Of a stretch of 64,000 bases of DNA, positions 24,131 to 38,002 are shown piece by piece; the first letter of the stretch is position 1, and every line of letters starts with the position of its first letter. The notes under the pieces were generated by a model that was given only the letters and a program-made list of their open reading frames with translations, was not told the origin of the DNA and ran no database searches. Both the position numbers and the translations under genes were made by a program. Origin of the DNA: Octopus sinensis. Taxonomy: Eukaryota. Location of the stretch: NCBI RefSeq assembly GCF_006345805.1, contig NC_043013.1:54684001-54748000 (forward strand), written 5' to 3'.

Positions 24131-25979
24131 CAGAGAGTATACAACACACATATACATAGAATAACTACAATTTATCACATGATATTGTTTCATTCTCAAA
24201 GCACTTACTCATATACATATACCATCACATTCCCATTATGTATGGCTCTGTTTTCATTACAAACATAGATATCCTATACAAAGATGATAAGAAATATATA
24301 CATCTATGTACATGTGTGTGTATACATATAGCAATACTATACACAAATGCCCCCTGCTGGCCAAATTAGCTTCAAAAAACAATTTTACTTGGGCAGTATC
24401 ATTCACTCATTACAAAAACACAATAAAGATTACACATTTGTGTGTGTGTGTATGCCTGTATGTGTGTGTATACCTGTGTGTGTATTTGTGTGTATGTATA
24501 TATATATATATGCGTGTATATATACATGTAGAGGTAGGTACGTACATATATGTATATATATATGCATATGTTTTATTCATTAATATATGTATATATATAT
24601 ATATATTATATATGTATATCTATCTTTATATATGTAAGTATACACACATACATGCAAAGTACTATAGTCTCATAACAGTCAATTCATGTTACTGAACAGT
24701 TTCATGCTGAAAAACCTTCAAAGTGTTGAGAGATAAAGGAATGATCATCAGGCACAACTGAAGTAGCTGCCATGAGACTAAATTTATAGTATTGCATAAG
24801 ATATGCCTACATTTTGCCTAATATTCAAGTGCTTGTTTTTTTCTGACTTATGAAATTTATTAGATGAATATATGTATGTGTAACATAGACCACTTATAAG
24901 TGCTACAGATTATATGTAATCCAAACCAATCTGTTACCCTTTTATACATAGTTTGGGTCCTTTGTGATTAACCTAGCTAGGAACCTTCCCAATGTAGCCC
25001 GATGAAGAGGGTTCCACAGAATCCAGTTGCACAAAATGGTCTCTACAGCTGTTGCCAACACAAGGAGGTGAAGAGCTCTCCAATAGTTGTGTACTGGAAC
25101 GTAGAAATACTGAAGATGGTAAAGGACCATATAAGTCTACTGGGAATTATGGGTCGATTTGTAGTCAAGGTGACAGCTGTTGTATGAGAGAAGATCTCTG
25201 AATATAATCTTGGTACAGCAATGATCTATGATTATCTGTAATACTTTCAGGCTTTGCTACGGTTTTGGTGAGATTATGAATGGTTAAGTAAGGTAATATG
25301 GTGCATGTGTTTCATTTAATAAAGATTTCTTTCATCTTATCCCTGTTACGTGCTTCAACAGATGTTGATTTTTTGGTTTGTTGACATAAATCGTACATAT
25401 TGAATCCTGAAAAAGTGTCATACTGTGGCTATGTTGTTGATGTTGGTGTACTTTGTTGTAACTTTGCTCATCTGGTCACACTCCTCTAATTATTTACCTG
25501 GGAACAGGTGGCAGATTCACGGAACTTTGTATGTATTGCTGCTTTGTTAGGTACGGCCAGTGATGTGCTCAGTGTCAGCACAGTGCATCATATCGACAGC
25601 ACACTGCATGAGGCACATCTTCTACTTGTGCCACTTATTTGCTTCTCATGGTAACACGTCCATCTCAGAGTATTTAGATGATATGTTCATTCTCCCTGCT
25701 CTTGCCTCAGTTCCTTTACAGCAAGCATCAGGCTGTGGCCACCACAAAGTTTTAGTTCACTTCCATCATATGTGCATGCATGATGAGAGTTTGCATTTCT
25801 GTGTGTTTATTTATGATAAAATAAACATAAACACACAGACACACACACACACAGAATGGGTGTCTTTGGTGAAACATCTAAGGTGTCTGCAAATCCTAAA
25901 AGTACCCAAGGCACTTTTGGGGGTAGAGTTAGTATTATAATATACATACATGAATAAACATATATATGTGTGTGTGTAA

Positions 25980-26150
25980 GTCATCATCATCACCATCATC
26001 GTTTAATGTCTGCCTTCCATGTTGGCATGGGTTGGATGAGCTAACAGGAGCCAGCCTGGCAGGAGCTTACACCAGACTTTTGTGTCTGTTTTGGCAGGGT
26101 TTTTATGGCTGGATGCCCTTCCTAACACCAACCACCTGACTGAGTAGAAT
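25980..26150 (-). mobile_element. SINE-like family C, 3' part
   Basis: 'catcatcgtttaatgtctgccttccatgttggcatgggttgg...ggatgcccttcctaacacc'. Confidence 0.75.
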
Positions 26151-28406
26151 ATATATATGTGTGTGTGTGTGTGTGCATGTATGTATATGCACACATACTG
26201 TATATATACATATATGTTAAAGTGTCTGGGTACTGAAAGTATGTAAATAATACAAAAATTTTCAACATACACATATATACATGTGTGTATGTATATATAT
26301 ATATAAATATACCTATGCATTCATTGAGATGATTCTGTGTATGTGTGTGTGTGTATGTGCACACAACACGTACACACACAAATTACTGATGGGTTTTTAT
26401 GGAATCAATTTAGAAATTTAGAATATCTAATTGGTAATGAAGCTTTCCCTAAAATAAACTTTCTGGTTGTAAAAACGATTTTTATGTAAGAATATTAGAT
26501 TCCCAGCACACTTTTGCTGAAATCCGTTTTGCATTTATCAAGATTTGGTGTTATTATTTTTTGGCAATTTTGAAAAGACAATTATACATACATTTGATAA
26601 TTGTGAATATGAAGCAAAATTATATACATGTGTGTGTGTATGTACATTTATACATTTATATACATAAACAAGGATACACATATATACTAATACATAAACA
26701 TTTATATACATACACACATATATACATACATGTGTATGTATATATGTGTGCACACATATATACATACACATATTTGTATACATACATATATATGTGTGCA
26801 TGTATGTATGTGTGTATTTACTCACATATGCACATATATATGCATGTGTATACATATATGTTTATATATATTGTTGTGTGTGTGAGTTTATAACATATAT
26901 ATATATCTTAAGTTTCTAACTCAAATTCTAACAAAACATTTTCTTAATGGATGAAATACATTTAGAAAGAAATAAAATATAAAAAAAAAGAATAAAAGAC
27001 CCAGTAAATAAATATGAAGCTGTCTTTCGTGGAATACATTTGGCTTATAAGATAGGATTTCAGTCAGGCATTAAAAGATATACATCTAAGTTTATACATT
27101 TACAAAATCAACAAGAATATCATTTTCTTAATCTAGATATCTCTGTATATTTGGTTTTTAGTGATATTTAATAATATTTCAGTTTAACTGTTACCTGCAT
27201 GAGACATCCTTAATAAACATTTTGTCAACTTGGACTGTTCCATTATATGAAGATGGTATTTTTTTTCCTGTTTTCTTCCTTTTCTTTCTCAAAATCCTTC
27301 GACTCGTAATTCTTAAATAATTTTAAAATTTACAAGAGAAATTTATCTTTTCTAGTTTTTAATCTTGATAAATCTTTGCATCATGCGATATATATATATT
27401 TATATATAAACATCGAGGGGAATATAAACTGATATGGTTTCTTTTTCTTCTTCTAAAAAAACTAGTAAATATTTCAAGAATAATAGTAAATATTTAGGAA
27501 TAGGTGAAGATAAAAATTCATATTAAAAACATTTTTTCTGATGCTTATTTTCCTAGGGAGCAATTATGAGCTTGTTGTCCAATGTTGGAGGAGATGAGTG
27601 TTTAGTGTAGTTAGAGTAGTTAAAATATTCTAGGAGTGACTTTAATAGGATAAAATACCATCATATATAGAAATAATGTAAAAAGATAAGATTGGAGACA
27701 GAAGAAAATTAATAAGAAATAAATGTGTCTCTAAAGTCCTTGAAATAAAAACTTAACAAAACAACATGGCAGTAATTTAAGACAGAAAGAAAAAAGATTT
27801 TTTTTTTCTTTTTGTAGTCTATCCCTCCCCACCCTCTGCTCCATCACTAGCCTCGCCGCCGACATCATCAATGCTGTTGCCATTATACTCCTTCTTCCAT
27901 GGCCACCACACCTCTGCCATTATCTTCTCTTATCATTTCACTTCTCCATTTTCTCCCTGTAGTCCTAAAACCAGAAGCAAGATCTGGTAGCATACTCTAA
28001 CCACCCCTGATACTGTAAATCCCATCAGAATAGTTTTGCATCTCTGCAATGTTGGTTAGAGATATGTTTGTAGAAGATGAAAGAAACCTTAGCCACAGTT
28101 TTTATATGTAGACTCATAATTTATACACATACACACACACACTGTGAATACACATACACACATGTATGGATGTGGATGTTTGTTTCCTAATACACACACA
28201 CACATATATATATAGTCATCACTTTAACGTCCATTTTCTCATACTTGCATGGAGAGGATGGGGTATTTTGAAGCAGATGTTATATATATATATATGATGA
28301 TGATGATACACACACACACACACACACACACACATATGTGCATCGTTCATTGTATGTCTATTTTTCCATGCTACCATGGGTTGGACAAATACTTTCAAAT
28401 GTATGT

Positions 28407-28462
<56 letters not shown>

Positions 28463-28522
28463 GTATATATATATGTGTGTGTGTGGGGTGTATGTTCATA
28501 TATATACATATATATGTGTGTA

Positions 28523-28569
<47 letters not shown>

Positions 28570-28717
28570 TATATGTATATATATGTATGTAAATATATGT
28601 GTGTGTATGTATGTGTATTTATATATGTATATACATTATATATAACAACTATTGCCTTTGTTGCTAATGTTACTTTTATTATTATTATTATTATTATTAT
28701 CATTAATATTATTATTC

Positions 28718-28920
28718 ATGAGGTGGCGAGCTGGCAGAATTGGCAGCACGCTGAGCAAAATGCTTAGGGGTATTTCATATGTCACTATGTTCTGAGTTCA
28801 AATTCTACCACGATCAGCTTTGCCTTTGATCCTTTTTGGATCAGTAGAATAAGTTCCAGATGAGCACTGGGGTTGATGTAATTGATTAACCCCCTTCCCC
28901 AAAATTTCAGGCCTTGCACC
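28718..28920 (+). mobile_element. SINE family A next to (ATT)n
   Basis: 'gaggtggcgagctggcagaa...gttctgagttcaaattc...gctttgcctttgatcc'. Confidence 0.8.
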
Positions 28921-29704
28921 CGCATTACAATGGATTACTACTACTACCACTACAATTTCTATGCAGTTTTTCATTTTTCTTTGTCTTTCTATGCCCTTTT
29001 CCCTGTTGCCATGGTGTGTTGTGTCTTTTTTTTTACCCAGTCTGGTTTGTCAAAATACTGGCTGCATTCTGGATAAGTCTTACTGAACTATACATTGAAA
29101 CAAGCATACATGTTTATAAACAAACATATATACATGTATACATACATAGATACACATATACACACACAGATATTTATATGTGTAGATAGAGGGAGGAAGG
29201 GATAGATAGATAGGTAGTGGCCATGCTTTACCAGTAAGTTACCAGGTGTAAACCATTCATTTTATTATCCAATATATATATATATATAGATAAATAGATA
29301 GATTGGTAGAAAGCGAGAGAGAGAGAGAAATAGAGACAGATAGAGAGAGAGAGACAAACAGACAGACAGATAAATTGTTGCATTGATTAGCTTCAAGATC
29401 AGCCTCAAACCAATAAATCTATGCTAAAAGATGTTCCTATTATGATTTTACCATTTTCTTTTCTTATCAGACACAATATTCAGAATTATTCTACCTGGAA
29501 CCTCTCTGTATATTTTTTAAGGTAATACACTCTGATGGGTGGGTTATTTGACTGTTATTTCTAACAGGTCAAGAAACTAGAAGCTCCACCCTTTACTTTG
29601 TATTTCTAACTATCTTCCAAATGTATCTCTTGTCCTTACACTCTCGTTTACCTTCCACACATACTCCCACATCTGTCTTTTGCATATTTACGTGTCTTCT
29701 ATAC

Positions 29705-29747
<43 letters not shown>

Positions 29748-31904
29748 ACACACATACACATGCACACCTCTGTCTTCTAAATTGACTAATAATTTCCATT
29801 GAGCAAAACAATATTCATTTGGCCAAAATGATTTACAGACGGAATCTTGATAATGGGAATCTTCTTGGATTCTTGAGCCAAACTTACTGGGAGGCAACTA
29901 ACTGCAAGCATTATAATCATTAACACCACAACCATCATCAACATCATTGTCGTTTTCATTATCGTTACCCTCAAATCATTAATTATTACTATCATTATCA
30001 TCATAACTGACATCATCATCAGTTCCACCATTACCATCAGGATAGGTTCATGTTTCAGTGCCATTATATGTTACATCTGCAGGCAAGCTTCTCCACTTAA
30101 AAATCCCTCTCTCTTTGACACACACACACACTCACACACACAAACACACTCTCTCTTTCTTTCTATATATTAAATATCCTCTCTGAGGTTTACAGACATA
30201 TATGCAAGCACTTAGTCATCTATCACATGCACATACATGCACACACACACACACACAGCCATAAATGCACCACTGACACATGCGTTCCTCATTTTAACTT
30301 TTCCTGTTTAATGATAAAAGAATGGAAACTTGAAATCTATCCTTCAAGTTGCAGAATATTTTAAAAGAACAGAAATTGAAGAATTAAACTAGACATCCCT
30401 AAAACACATTGCCACATGGGTCAGTTGATGGATCAGCAACCATGTGATCGTAAGTTCAAATCTTCCTTTAACCATTAATGGTGAACCGTTAAGTAAAGCA
30501 CAATGACACTTCATACTTTTGAATGTTTGATTGATTGAAAGCTGTTTATATCTCACTGGGTTCTTGGTAAGGAAAAACAGTTGCTCAATAGAAAATAATA
30601 ACAATAAGTAAATAATGAAAATGTTTAAAAGTGCATGGCTGTGTGGTTAAGATTTCTTTTGAAAACCATAAGGTTTTGAGTTTGCCATCATCATTAACAT
30701 TTTAAAGTCCAATTTTCTATGCTTGCATGGGTCATGTGAAATTTGTTTGGTTGATATTTTGTGACTGGGTGCCCATCCTGTCACTAACCCTCACCGGTTT
30801 GAAAGTAAAGTAATATTTACCTACCTGAGTCCTTTCAACATTAACAACTCAGTGGCTGGACATGTTCTGACAGAAAATTGCAAATGATGTGATGTTGACA
30901 GCTGTTTACAGTTATCATGCAATGTCAAAACAATACACATGCACATATGTGTGCACACACACACACACACACATACACACACTCACACACACTCACACAC
31001 ACTCACACACACTCACACACACTCATATATGCACATAACAAGGCATTTTCAGTTTCTCTTTACCCAACCTACTCACAAGCCATTCAATGGCCTATTATTG
31101 TTGTGCATAGAGAGAAGTCTTACATATGTAATAAAATGAATTAAAAAATATCAATCAATTGAACTTCTGGAATTTCACATTCTGAGTTCCAACCCCATTG
31201 AGGCCATCTTTGTCTTCCATCATTCCATCATCCCAGAGTCAACAAAATAAAGTACCAGTCACATACTCTGGGTCAACTAATATTTGTATTTCCCAGGCAT
31301 TGACGGAACTGTGAATGAATCTTATGAGAGCTGCTTGGGAATATAAAGCCCATGGGCCACAGCATTTCTGTGAGAAGCAGACCCCCTTCCTGAAAGACCT
31401 CTCGTTATTATTGGCTTCAGAAGACATTGAGAATGATGCAAGTTGACAGAAGAAGATAATGCTTATTTAATTGGTGCGAGTGTTTACCTAACATGAAACA
31501 GAGTGAAGCTCTATGAATGGTGTTTAATAGCGTTACTGCCAACTACAAGAACTAACCAGATCAATAGATTCAGGTCAAATAGATACCAAACTCTGTTAAA
31601 TGGTCAATTCATACTCTTAGATTGATTTCAATAGAAGATCAATAAGAGAAAGTTAGAGGTTGTTTTTCTGTAAATGTATTTGGTTGCGGGAGGTGGAGGG
31701 GGGAGCAAAGATTGAACGACTAAGATGGAAAATAAAAACAGGAAAACATATAAAATAACAAAAGTCAATTCACTGAATTATCATTTGAAATTAAACTTTA
31801 ATAATTTAAATGATGACAAGAAAAAGAGAAACTTTCGATGAATTCATCCAGACATCTCTGTCTGCCTGTATATGTGTAAGTGCATGTATGTACGTGTGTA
31901 CATA

Positions 31905-31959
<55 letters not shown>

Positions 31960-31974
31960 TATGTATATATAGAT

Positions 31975-32135
31975 GCAGGCATGGCTGTGTGATAAGAAGT
32001 TTGCTTCCCAACCACATGGTTTCAGGTTCAGCCCCAGCACATGGCACCTTGGGCGAGTGTCTTCTACTTTAGCCTCAGGCCAATTAAAGCCTTGTGAGTG
32101 GATTTGGGAGATGGAAACTGAAAGAAGCCTGTCAT
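31975..32135 (+). mobile_element. SINE family B head
   Basis: 'gcaggcatggctgtgtgataag...ggaaactgaaagaagcctgtc'. Confidence 0.8.
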
Positions 32136-32192
32136 ATAAAAACATACATATGATATGTATCTACATGTAAAAAGCAGAAAAAAATATCACAG

Positions 32193-32232
32193 AAACTGCT
32201 ACTGGGAGTTTCACGCTCCCAATCGTCAGACA
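32193..32232 (-). ncRNA. Minimal hammerhead motif (core intact, helix II damaged)
   Basis: Minus strand CTGACGA-ttgggagcgt-GAAA-c-tccca-g-T-A-gcagttt. Confidence 0.5.
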
Positions 32233-32275
32233 AACTGCCCAACAAACGGGAATGTGAATCTCTGAGTACCAGTTA
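32232..32275 (+). ncRNA. Decayed minimal hammerhead (helices intact, core mutated)
   Basis: Helix I aaactgc/ccagtt; core ccaacaa; helix II acg-ggaa-tgt; gaat; c-tctga-g-T-A. Confidence 0.4.
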
Positions 32276-32853
32276 CTGTGATATTTTTGCTGCTTTTTAA
32301 TAAAGCATATTACTCTACTTCTTGTATTCAAGTACTATTTCTTCCACCTTGTTTCACATTTATGTGATTACTCTGGCATATATATGTATATATATATATA
32401 TATATGAAATAAAAAATGTTAATTTTTTTCTTTATGTTTATTCTTCTATGCTCCCATGGGTTAGATTTTGGTATATTAAGATATTGTTTTATGCAAACAA
32501 ACAAACGCTGGTTGTCAAGTGGTGGTAGTGGGGTGTGTACAAATACACACACACACACACACACATGCACTCAACAGTGTTGTTTCAGTTTCTGTCTTGC
32601 TAATTCATTCGCAAGGCTTTAGTCAGCCTGGGGCTGTTGCAGTAAACACTTGTCCAATTTGCAGCACAGTGGGACCCAACCAACTTTACATGATTGGGAA
32701 GCAAGCCTTTTACCGTACAGCCATGACTGTGCCCCCCCCCCTCACACACAGGCATATACACTTACAAAATATAAATACACACATAAATATATAATGCATA
32801 TACACTTATATTCGCAAGTACGCCCATATATATATATATCCATATATATGTAT

Positions 32854-33096
32854 TATTCTGTTGTGTCAGGGGAGAGTCATTTTATTTTCGCACCTTATAA
32901 TTTAACACACTCACTGGTAAAATTTCCACTTTTTTCTTAATTTTTTTTATAAGTAAAAATAAGTGGAAATTTTACCGGTGAGTGTGTTAAATTATAAGGC
33001 GCGAAAATAAAATGACTCTCCCGAGACACAACAGAATATGCTTCAACACACAAACTCATATAAAGAATCTTGCAAACCAAATCCAAAAACAAAATA
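32854..33096 (+). mobile_element. Fold-back element of the 'gacacaacagaat' tail family
   Basis: Arms of about 75-80 bp (32854-32930 / 32960-33038), nearly perfect; right arm extends to (TA)n; tail shared with 22295-22385 and 1565-1657. Confidence 0.85.
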
Positions 33097-33114
33097 TATA
33101 TGTATATATATATA

Positions 33115-33348
33115 TAGGGTGGCACAAAAGTAGGTTTACAGTTATCATGTTGGAACTTTAAAATTCTTTTAAAACATTTTATTACATTTAAATTTCTACT
33201 TTACAAACTGTAAAGGGAGCTTGCCAAAATTAACTAAATTAGCATAGAATAATGGTTTCATATTTTTTTTAAATTAAGGCCTAAACTGTTAATATATGAA
33301 TGCGAAAGAGATAGTTGAATAACTGTAAACCTATTTTGGGGCCACCTG
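33115..33348. mobile_element. Tc1/mariner-type MITE
   Basis: TIRs 'tagggtggcacaaaagtaggtttacagtt' / 'aactgtaaacctattttggggccacctg', flanked by TA. Confidence 0.8.
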
Positions 33349-33472
33349 TATATATACATATATATATATATAGCATCTAAGAATCCCTAAATCAGAAAAA
33401 ACATGCACTCATATTTGTTTATAGAGTGGGTGTATTAATTGAAGTTTACTGCATCATATACCCATTATGGCT

Positions 33473-33543
33473 GATCTTACAGACTGGTTTCACAGTGTTA
33501 GGTTGCAGTCTGATTATGTAACCCTGAACTCTTCAGAGGTATC
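33473..33543 (-). ncRNA. Hammerhead motif, partly decayed (element about 33372-33590)
   Basis: Minus strand CTGAAGA-g...ggttaca/tgcaacc...t-GAAA-c-cagtct-g-T-A-agatc; helix II closed by G.U; homologous to 16128-16255. Confidence 0.5.
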
Positions 33544-34944
33544 GGCTATGGATTAAAATATGGCAACTGTTCTCTATTGTTGGGGTTAAGAGTCACATGC
33601 AGTTTGTGGTTCTTTGCCATCTCTGAAAAGCACAAGGTTACATAATCAGGTTGTTATCTAACATGCCGTTGAACCCCTAGTGTGAAACTGATTGGTAAGT
33701 TTAGCCATAATGAATATATAATACTGTACACTTAGAGTGCAAGTGTATATGTAGACATACACATGTACACGCACAATTTTGTCACAGTTACAAGCCACTG
33801 ATTTACCAAGAGTTATAGTAGAAGACACCTGTACAACAGGTTTGAACCTGAAACATGGCTGTGAAGCAAATCACTTAACCACTCACCTATAGAAGACATT
33901 TTATATTACATTGGTTCTTTCATTTCCTGTGGGGTTTTTTTAAAGTAGAAGTGGGTGAGTGGGTAAGGGATTTACGAGAAAGTTTTAAAATGACGGGAGA
34001 TAGTTTTTTTCTTTTTTCTCTCATTTTTGATGACTGGAAAGGAGAAAGAGCAGTTAAAATTACATTTGTACAATCATCGGGGCTGGCAAGCATAAGTTGC
34101 AGGGTGAATGAGAATGAAGCTATGAATTATAGGTTGTTACTTCAGCTTTTCTATTTAGCTAAACTGGACAGGAGTCAAGAGTTAACCTGTCCGAAATGAG
34201 GGTGGCTAATCCAGACAATACTCATGTGACTGAGCCTGAGAAAGATCTAGAAGCTTCAGAACCACTTCTCACTGTATCCTCTAACCACCACCACTTGACA
34301 GAGGTATAATAGGTTCATGAGACCTGAAGTAGACCCTGATAAATTCCTCTAAGAGCCCAAATGGCCCTTATTAGAGTGAGTAATAGATTAAGTCTAGCAT
34401 TGTTTAGTACAGTGACGGTCTGGTCTCTACAAAATCCAAGAAATATTTCCTTCTGTTTAAATTGATACATTTACACAATTTGTCCCATTTTTTTAGTGAA
34501 ATTGTTCAAGAAAAAAAAAAAGAAACATTTTGATATGCATTGAGTTGTAATGCGATAGATTGTGAACATGAAAAGAAAATTGTCATAGTTTTAACCTCTA
34601 TCAGAGTTCTTAGTTCTGGAGAGATTGTTGTGAAGTAATGATGGATTTGTGAGGAAATATTACACATCAGAGAGTAAACACGATGCAGAGACACCTCTTA
34701 GAAGCCTTAAGTGTTCTCTTTTCTGTGAACTTAATCTTTTGCTGATTGCCTGTCACTGGCAACTAAGATTGGCTGTCATTCAAGTGGATCTTTGAGTATT
34801 CTTTCTATACAAGTGGCTTCACATAAAAATACAATATGCTTCTAAATAGAACCCAGATATCTATCAGATAAGATATGTATCAGATAAGTAGCTTCCCAGA
34901 ATGAGAGAATGTCCTTTGCAGTGCAGTATTTCTTATTCTCATAC

Positions 34945-34950
34945 AAAGCA

Positions 34951-35013
<63 letters not shown>

Positions 35014-35020
35014 AGAGAGT
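34945..35020. repeat. (GA)n microsatellite
   Basis: Direct read. Confidence 0.95.
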
Positions 35021-35931
35021 TACAAGCAAAGCACAAAATCTAACTCTAGCTACTAAATTTACTATTCCGACATTCAAGTACTAGTTATGGTTTCTACAGA
35101 GGATAGCAATTATGTGGCACCAGAAAAATGGTGGCAGAATGTTTTTTTCTTTATCATTGTTACTATTATTTTACAGATCAGATTTGCTTTTTCTCTCTGT
35201 CTTTGTCTGTTAAATTCCTATAACTGCAACCCATTCAATTTCTCGTTTATTTCTCAGTGATGTATCTCTTTCAAAAAAAAAAAAAAAACAACATTTGATG
35301 TGTGAAGGCTTATAGCCAAGTGGTTAGATTGTTGGGTTGCCAGTTGTATGGTCGTGGGTTCAGTTTCTGGACCAGGCAGTACATCATCATCATCATCATA
35401 CATAAAATATTTGATCTCATGTCACTGCAGTGATGTCAGTTAAAAGTGAGTACCAGGCGACACCTGGTGCATCTCTCTCTCACACACACTCTCTCTCTCT
35501 CCAGCTGTTACATCATTAGTGTTCTTCTAGGTCAAGGACAGGAGAGTCAGACAGGTGACTACACAGGCAGACAAATAAAACAACAAGCACAAACACAGCA
35601 CAAGCTCTCCAATCACACTAGCGAGTAATGCTCAAGCTACAACACTTACTTAAATGTTGTACCCTATACATTGTTGTATTTGGGTGGAAATGGAAAAAAA
35701 AAAAAAGGATGGTGTATCATAGCTAAACACTAATCTTGAGACTTAAGAATTGTAGCTTTCCTTAATCAATTTCTAATCCTCTAAAACCACCGATAAAACA
35801 CAAGCAGAAGTTACGAAATATAGACACATGTTTAAACCATTATGCTTTCAGAAATTCAAAACTTATTAAACAAAAACTACTTCTAAATGTCAGTTATACT
35901 ACAGCCAGAGACTAGGAAGACAATCTTTTCA

Positions 35932-35978
<47 letters not shown>

Positions 35979-36630
35979 AGATATATATATAATTATTATT
36001 TGTTACTTTCTTAAAAGACTCACTGGAAATTAAAGGTAATAAATAAATAAACTAACACAGTGAATGGTAGAGAATGCTTTGAAGTAGAGATGTTTATCTG
36101 TAGAGTTATTAAAGGTGGTTATCCCTGCAGATAAATTTGCTACACCTGGCATAGATGTAAAGCTTAGAGTGTAAATTAATTTAATAGCTATAATACTAAT
36201 AAATCCTCATTTGATGTTAATCTCTTCTAGAAAACGTTTCCGAGTAAGTAGACTCTTGAAATATTTTGGTTTCTCTGATGAGGGAGTGAGGTGGGTGGAT
36301 GGGTGAGAGTAAAAGATAGATTGCTGATTTCATTGAAATACTGGCAAAAATGATTAAATAAATGAATTATTGATTATAAAGTGAAAGGTTTTAAGTATTT
36401 TATATATTTTCTTATATTTTACTTGTTTCTTTGGTCTGGGGCACAGCCTTAAAGAATTTTCTAGTCAAACAATTCGACCCTGGTACTTGTCTCTTCCTTC
36501 TTTTTTGTTAAGCCTGGTACTTGTTCTATCGATCACTTTTTGCCGAACTGCTATGTCATGGGAAAATAAACACAAAACACCAATTGTCAGGGGGTGGGGG
36601 TGGGGAGAACAAACAAAGACACACACATGT

Positions 36631-36965
36631 GAAGGCACATGGCTCAGTGGTTTGAGCATCAGGCTTATAACCGTGAAGTAGTGAGTTTGATTCCTGGACT
36701 GGGCTGTGTGTTGTGTTCTTGAGCAAGACACTTTATTTCATGTTGCTCCAGTTCCCTCAGCTGTAGAAATGAGTCGCAATGTCACAGGTGCCAAGCTGTA
36801 TTGGCCCCTTTGCCTTTCCCATGGATAACATTGGTGGTGTGGCGAGAGGTGACTGGTATGCAAGGGTGACTGCTGCTCTGCCACAAACAACCTTGTATGG
36901 ACTTGAGCCTTATAGGGGAACTTACAAGGTGCAATCCCATAGTTATTCATGACACAAAGGTGTTT
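36631..36965 (+). mobile_element. SINE family D
   Basis: 'gaaggcacatggctcagtgg...gagtttgattcc...gagcaagacactttatttcatgttgctccag'; sits between the tail (36440-36620) and head (37040-37195) of a minus-strand family B copy. Confidence 0.8.
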
Positions 36966-36979
36966 TTAACCCTCTCTCT

Positions 36980-37014
<35 letters not shown>

Positions 37015-38002
37015 TACATATATATATATATATAAATGTGATGAGCTTCTTTCAGTTTCCAAGTATCAAATCCACTGACAAGGCTTTGGATGGCTTGAGG
37101 TTATAGTAGGAGACACTTGCCCTAGGTGCCACTCAGTGGGACTGAACCCTGGACCATGTGATTGGGAAGCAAACTTCATACCACACAGCTACACCTGCTT
37201 GACTTTGTTTTTGCTCATGTGACTCGCATCTTCACATTGACAACATAATTATGAAAATTTGAATATTTGCATGAAATTAAAATAAATATTTATATCTCAG
37301 ACTCTACCTCTTAAGATAAACTTTCTTTAAGCATATCTTACCAACCACAAAGGAGCTGTAGCCCCCTATAATGTAAGGGTCACTGCTAACCTAGAGGGAA
37401 GTGGGAAACAACAGGGCAGATCATTTCATACAGATGCAAGGCCATTTAAAAGGCGGGGGGGATTCAGTATGATTTAATACACAGTGCGCGCACACACACA
37501 CGTATTTTAAGCATTGCAAAGATTATTTGTAATTGTATTCACGTCCTTATGCACGTAAGCTCTGGTCTACAAAACAAAAAGAGAAAAAAATGCATATTTA
37601 CTTAAATGCAGTAGTGTGTGTGTGTGTGTGATTCTGCACATATTTCTTGAAAACTCTTTTCTTTTGTTTTTTGCAGTTTACTAGTTTCCTCAGAAAATGA
37701 TGTTAAATCCCTATCTCAACACTTCTCCAGTTTGGGAGAAAGAGGTACTGCCTGTTCATGCAATGTAGCATGACTGCTTTATATATATATATCATCATCA
37801 TCATTTAACGTCTGCCTTCCATGCTAGCATGGGTGCATACACACACACACACACATATACACTGTATTTTATGTGAATAAAATATAGTCTATTTACTAAT
37901 TTTTTGTATGCTAGACCACTGATAGTAGAAATTTCTATAATTTTTATTACCCTGATATTATTTATTATGTGTGTATATATATATATATACATATATGTAT
38001 AT

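Larger units (their letters stand above)
21785..24132. repeat. Tandem duplication, period 1170 bp, copies apparently identical
   Basis: 'tcatcggtaag' at 21821 and 22991; homopolymer and microsatellite lengths identical wherever compared; junction lies in (TA)/(CA)n. Confidence 0.95.
32169..32378 (+). mobile_element. 5'-inverted Penelope-like element remnant
   Basis: Inverted repeat 32169-32229 / 32239-32298; long arm continues 'aataaagcatattactctac...' into (TA)n; both arms carry hammerhead-like motifs. Confidence 0.6.

Noticed and set aside
24685-24755. Minus strand CTGATGA...GAAAC-tgttca-GUA
   Set aside because: No helix II or helix I pairing; likely chance
24998-25201. Coding-like open frame (PDEEGSTESSC...)
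   Set aside because: Weak acceptor, no family signature
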